This document shows, one piece after another, positions 61,725 to 64,000 of a stretch of DNA of 64,000 nt. A program made the position numbers and the translations under genes. The notes below the pieces were generated by a model. It was given only the letters and a program-made list of their open reading frames with translations. It was not told where the DNA came from and made no database searches. Within the stretch, counting starts at the first letter, position 1. Every line of letters begins with the position of its first letter. The DNA is from Acidobacteriota bacterium (GTDB lineage Bacteria; Acidobacteriota; UBA6911; RPQK01; CBDDCF01), in NCBI GenBank assembly GCA_965225995.1, contig CBDDCF010000026.1, forward strand, positions 106,172 to 170,171, in the 5' to 3' direction.

Positions 61725-64000
61725 GTGTCCACCTTCTCGACATTGACGAGGAAGCCCTTGTATTCGGGAGTCCCCGAGTTAGGATCCAGCACTGCAGGGC
61801 TTAAGTTATTCGCCAGAGGCCCTTTGACTCTCCCTACAAAACCCCAATGAATGGGGATTCCGACCTGGAATATCTGTTTTCCTCCGACCTGCAGTGCACG
61901 CAGGCGATTTGTGACCATGGCATGGCCGACCACCGATCCCCGTGCCGACGAGACTCGCACAAGTTCTTGTTCTGAATTCCTTTTTGAGAAGCCAATTCAT
62001 GGGGTAGTTCGACAAAGAAGTTGGGCTGTAGCTGGGAATTGGCATCGATATGCTTGGTCCAGTAATGAAAGTGTTCGGTCAGGCGAAAAGTCACCGCCAC
62101 GTAGGGGTAGTCCTTGGCATCGCCCAGGGGATCAAGATCGCCACCCAGAATTTGAACCATCGGATTCCCGCTCACAGCGGGGTGCAAGGCATTCGCGACC
62201 GGGGACTCAGCCGGTTCGTAGTGTTCTGGAAACGGCCCTTCGGCAAAGTCCGTTGCAAATAGTTTCGCGACTCCTTCCGGCAACATGATGAAAGCCCCGG
62301 CGGAATCTGGTTCCGCGGTTGGTCCGAAATCTGGAATGTCTCCCACCCAGCGCTTTCCGGTCCAACGAATGCCGGCTCGGGTGGGATCCCAGGGCTGTCC
62401 TTCGGCATCGGCCGAGGCCCGGTTATAGAGGACTCGGCGGTTCAAGGGCCAGTTCCAGGACCAGTCATGGTAGAAACCGAGTCCGCTGGGATCGTCCTGA
62501 CCACGCCACGCCATGAGATTCCCAGCCTCGGGATAGGAGCCGGAGTACAACCAGTTGCCACACAGCGTCGATCCATCGTCCTTGAGGTCGGCGAAGCTCG
62601 AGAGTTGGCGACCAGTGGAGCTGTCCTGGCCGTTGATCTCACGAGCTACTTCCTGTTGGTCGGGCACCGCCTGGTTCTGATAAGGCCAAGAAATGTCGAG
62701 CAGTGGATCGGCTGCGGTCCCCCCCTCATTCCGATAGAGTTCGCGCAGTTTCAGGAATAGACGGGCGATGATTTCTTGATCGGGTCTGGCCTGCCCGGGC
62801 GGATCCAGAGCTTTCCACTTCCACTGCAGCCAGCGTGAAGAATTGACGAAGGTCCCGTCCTTTTCCGCCGAGCAGGCGGCTGGCAGGAGGAACACTTCGG
62901 TGTCGATCTCTGCCGCTTCGGGTGCTCCCGGATAGTACTCTCCCGCCAATTCTCGGGATCTCCAGAAAGAGGAGGTCTCGGTGTCGAAACACTCGGCCAC
63001 GACGAGCCACTTCAGACGGCTCAAGGCGGCGATCATTTTGGTCGAATTTGGCCCATTGGCAACCGGGTTCATACCGAAGGAAACCAGGCCTTCCACACTA
63101 CCGTGCAGCATGCGATCAAAGAGATGCGCCCAACTATGATCCTCTCCTTCGCCGATCTTGGGCAGGTTGTGATAGGAATACTCGTTGTCTGCGGTAGCCG
63201 CGTTGCCGTAGAAAGCCTTGAGCAGGCTGCCCATGAACTTCGATGTGTTCTTCCAATAATTAACTGACCCCGGGGATAAGGGTGTTGGAGATGTTTCTTC
63301 GAGATACTTGCTGAGACTGGTCTGATGGGCCTGAGGCAGATTGAGATAACCTGGAAGTTTGTTCCAGGCTCCCATGTCGGTTGCTCCCTGGATGTTGGAA
63401 TGTCCCCGTTGGGCATTCACTCCACCGCCGGGCACTCCCATATTCCCGAGCAGCAACTGCATCATGGCTGCCGCGTGGATCAACTGCACTGAATGACTAT
63501 GCTGAGTCCAGCCCAGGGCGTAGAGGATAGTCCCTCGTCGATCTGCCCTTCCCGTGGAACAGATCACCTCGGCGGCACTGTGAAACTGTTCAGCAGTGCA
63601 GCCGCAAATCGAGGCAACTCTCTCTGGAGTATAACGACTGTAATGCTGCTTGAGGAGCTGGAAGACTGACTGCGGATGCTCCAGCTTGGGGTCTGTCTTA
63701 CAATGGCCCTGGGAATCGAGCTGATACTGCCAGGAAGACTTGTCATACCCTCGTTTAGCCTCGTCCCAACCGGAAAAGAGCCCCTCCGAGAACGAGAATC
63801 CCTCCTTCACCAGAAAAGGCGCATTGGTATGCAGTTTTACATAGTCCTCGTGGTGCAAATCGCGAGACAGGATGTGATGAATCAGTCCACCCAAGAAAGC
63901 GATGTCCGATCCAGATCGGATCGGTACGTACAAATCTGAGACGGCGGCAGTTCGATTGAAGCGGGGATCGATGCACACCAGACGAGCCTTACGCTTCCGT
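61721..64000 (-). CDS. fdnG: formate dehydrogenase catalytic (alpha, molybdopterin) subunit FdnG/FdoG, 5'-partial (runs off the window); -1 frameshift ~61965
   Basis: Molybdopterin oxidoreductase motifs throughout the 714-aa ORF 61834..63978. The last ~75 aa (VRVSSARGSVVGHAMVTNRLRALQVGGKQIFQVGIPIHWGF...DPNSGTPEYKGFLVNVEKV) are in the -1 frame (ORF 61721..61960). The junction is GIQNK/ELVRVSS. Confidence 0.8.

Noticed and set aside
1-64000. tRNA/rRNA genes
   Set aside because: No cloverleaf-like or rRNA-like segments were recognised by eye in any intergenic region. A covariance-model scan would be needed to be certain.

Overview
High-GC (~60%) bacterial chromosomal segment, Gram-negative; the gene content is reminiscent of Acidobacteria- or Planctomycetes-like soil/sediment organisms, but that is a weak inference. 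It is a mosaic of housekeeping, catabolic and accessory genes. From start to end the window contains:
- secreted hydrolases;
- a nucleoside-type MFS transporter;
- a BKACE/3-hydroxyacyl-CoA dehydrogenase cluster of the carnitine-catabolism type, next to an APC permease;
- a MazEF-type toxin-antitoxin pair;
- a membrane-anchored pentaheme cytochrome c with TPR repeats, translationally coupled to a CRTAC1 (FG-GAP/ASPIC-UnbV) protein;
- a decayed Ser/Thr kinase/FGE/hydrolase locus;
- an S9 peptidase and an outer-membrane beta-barrel plus a protein-kinase-like protein;
- RtcB RNA ligase;
- an IS110-family element sitting beside a roughly 285-bp repeat family (3 copies);
- an MrfA/MrfB-like helicase-exonuclease pair;
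- LigD (PE-LIG-POL) with YheT, RadC and VanZ neighbours;
- two near-identical inverted IS1380-family copies bracketing a 6.5-kb segment (ECF sigma/anti-sigma, M16 peptidase, ManC, LytTR two-component system), one of which splits the sensor kinase gene;
- a formate dehydrogenase-N-like operon (fdnGHI-fdhE) running off the 3' end.
The most striking global observation is that a large number of otherwise well-conserved genes are interrupted. There are four in-frame stop codons (TGA, TAA, TAG, TAG) and at least eight single-nucleotide frameshifts, several in homopolymer runs. This points either to sequencing/assembly error or to extensive pseudogenisation. No tRNA, rRNA or CRISPR array was seen. 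No clear-cut new defence system was found. The most novel-looking loci are the IS110/repeat-element target system with its non-coding bridge-RNA-like region, the kinase-like protein beside a beta-barrel OMP, and the multiheme-TPR/CRTAC1 pair.
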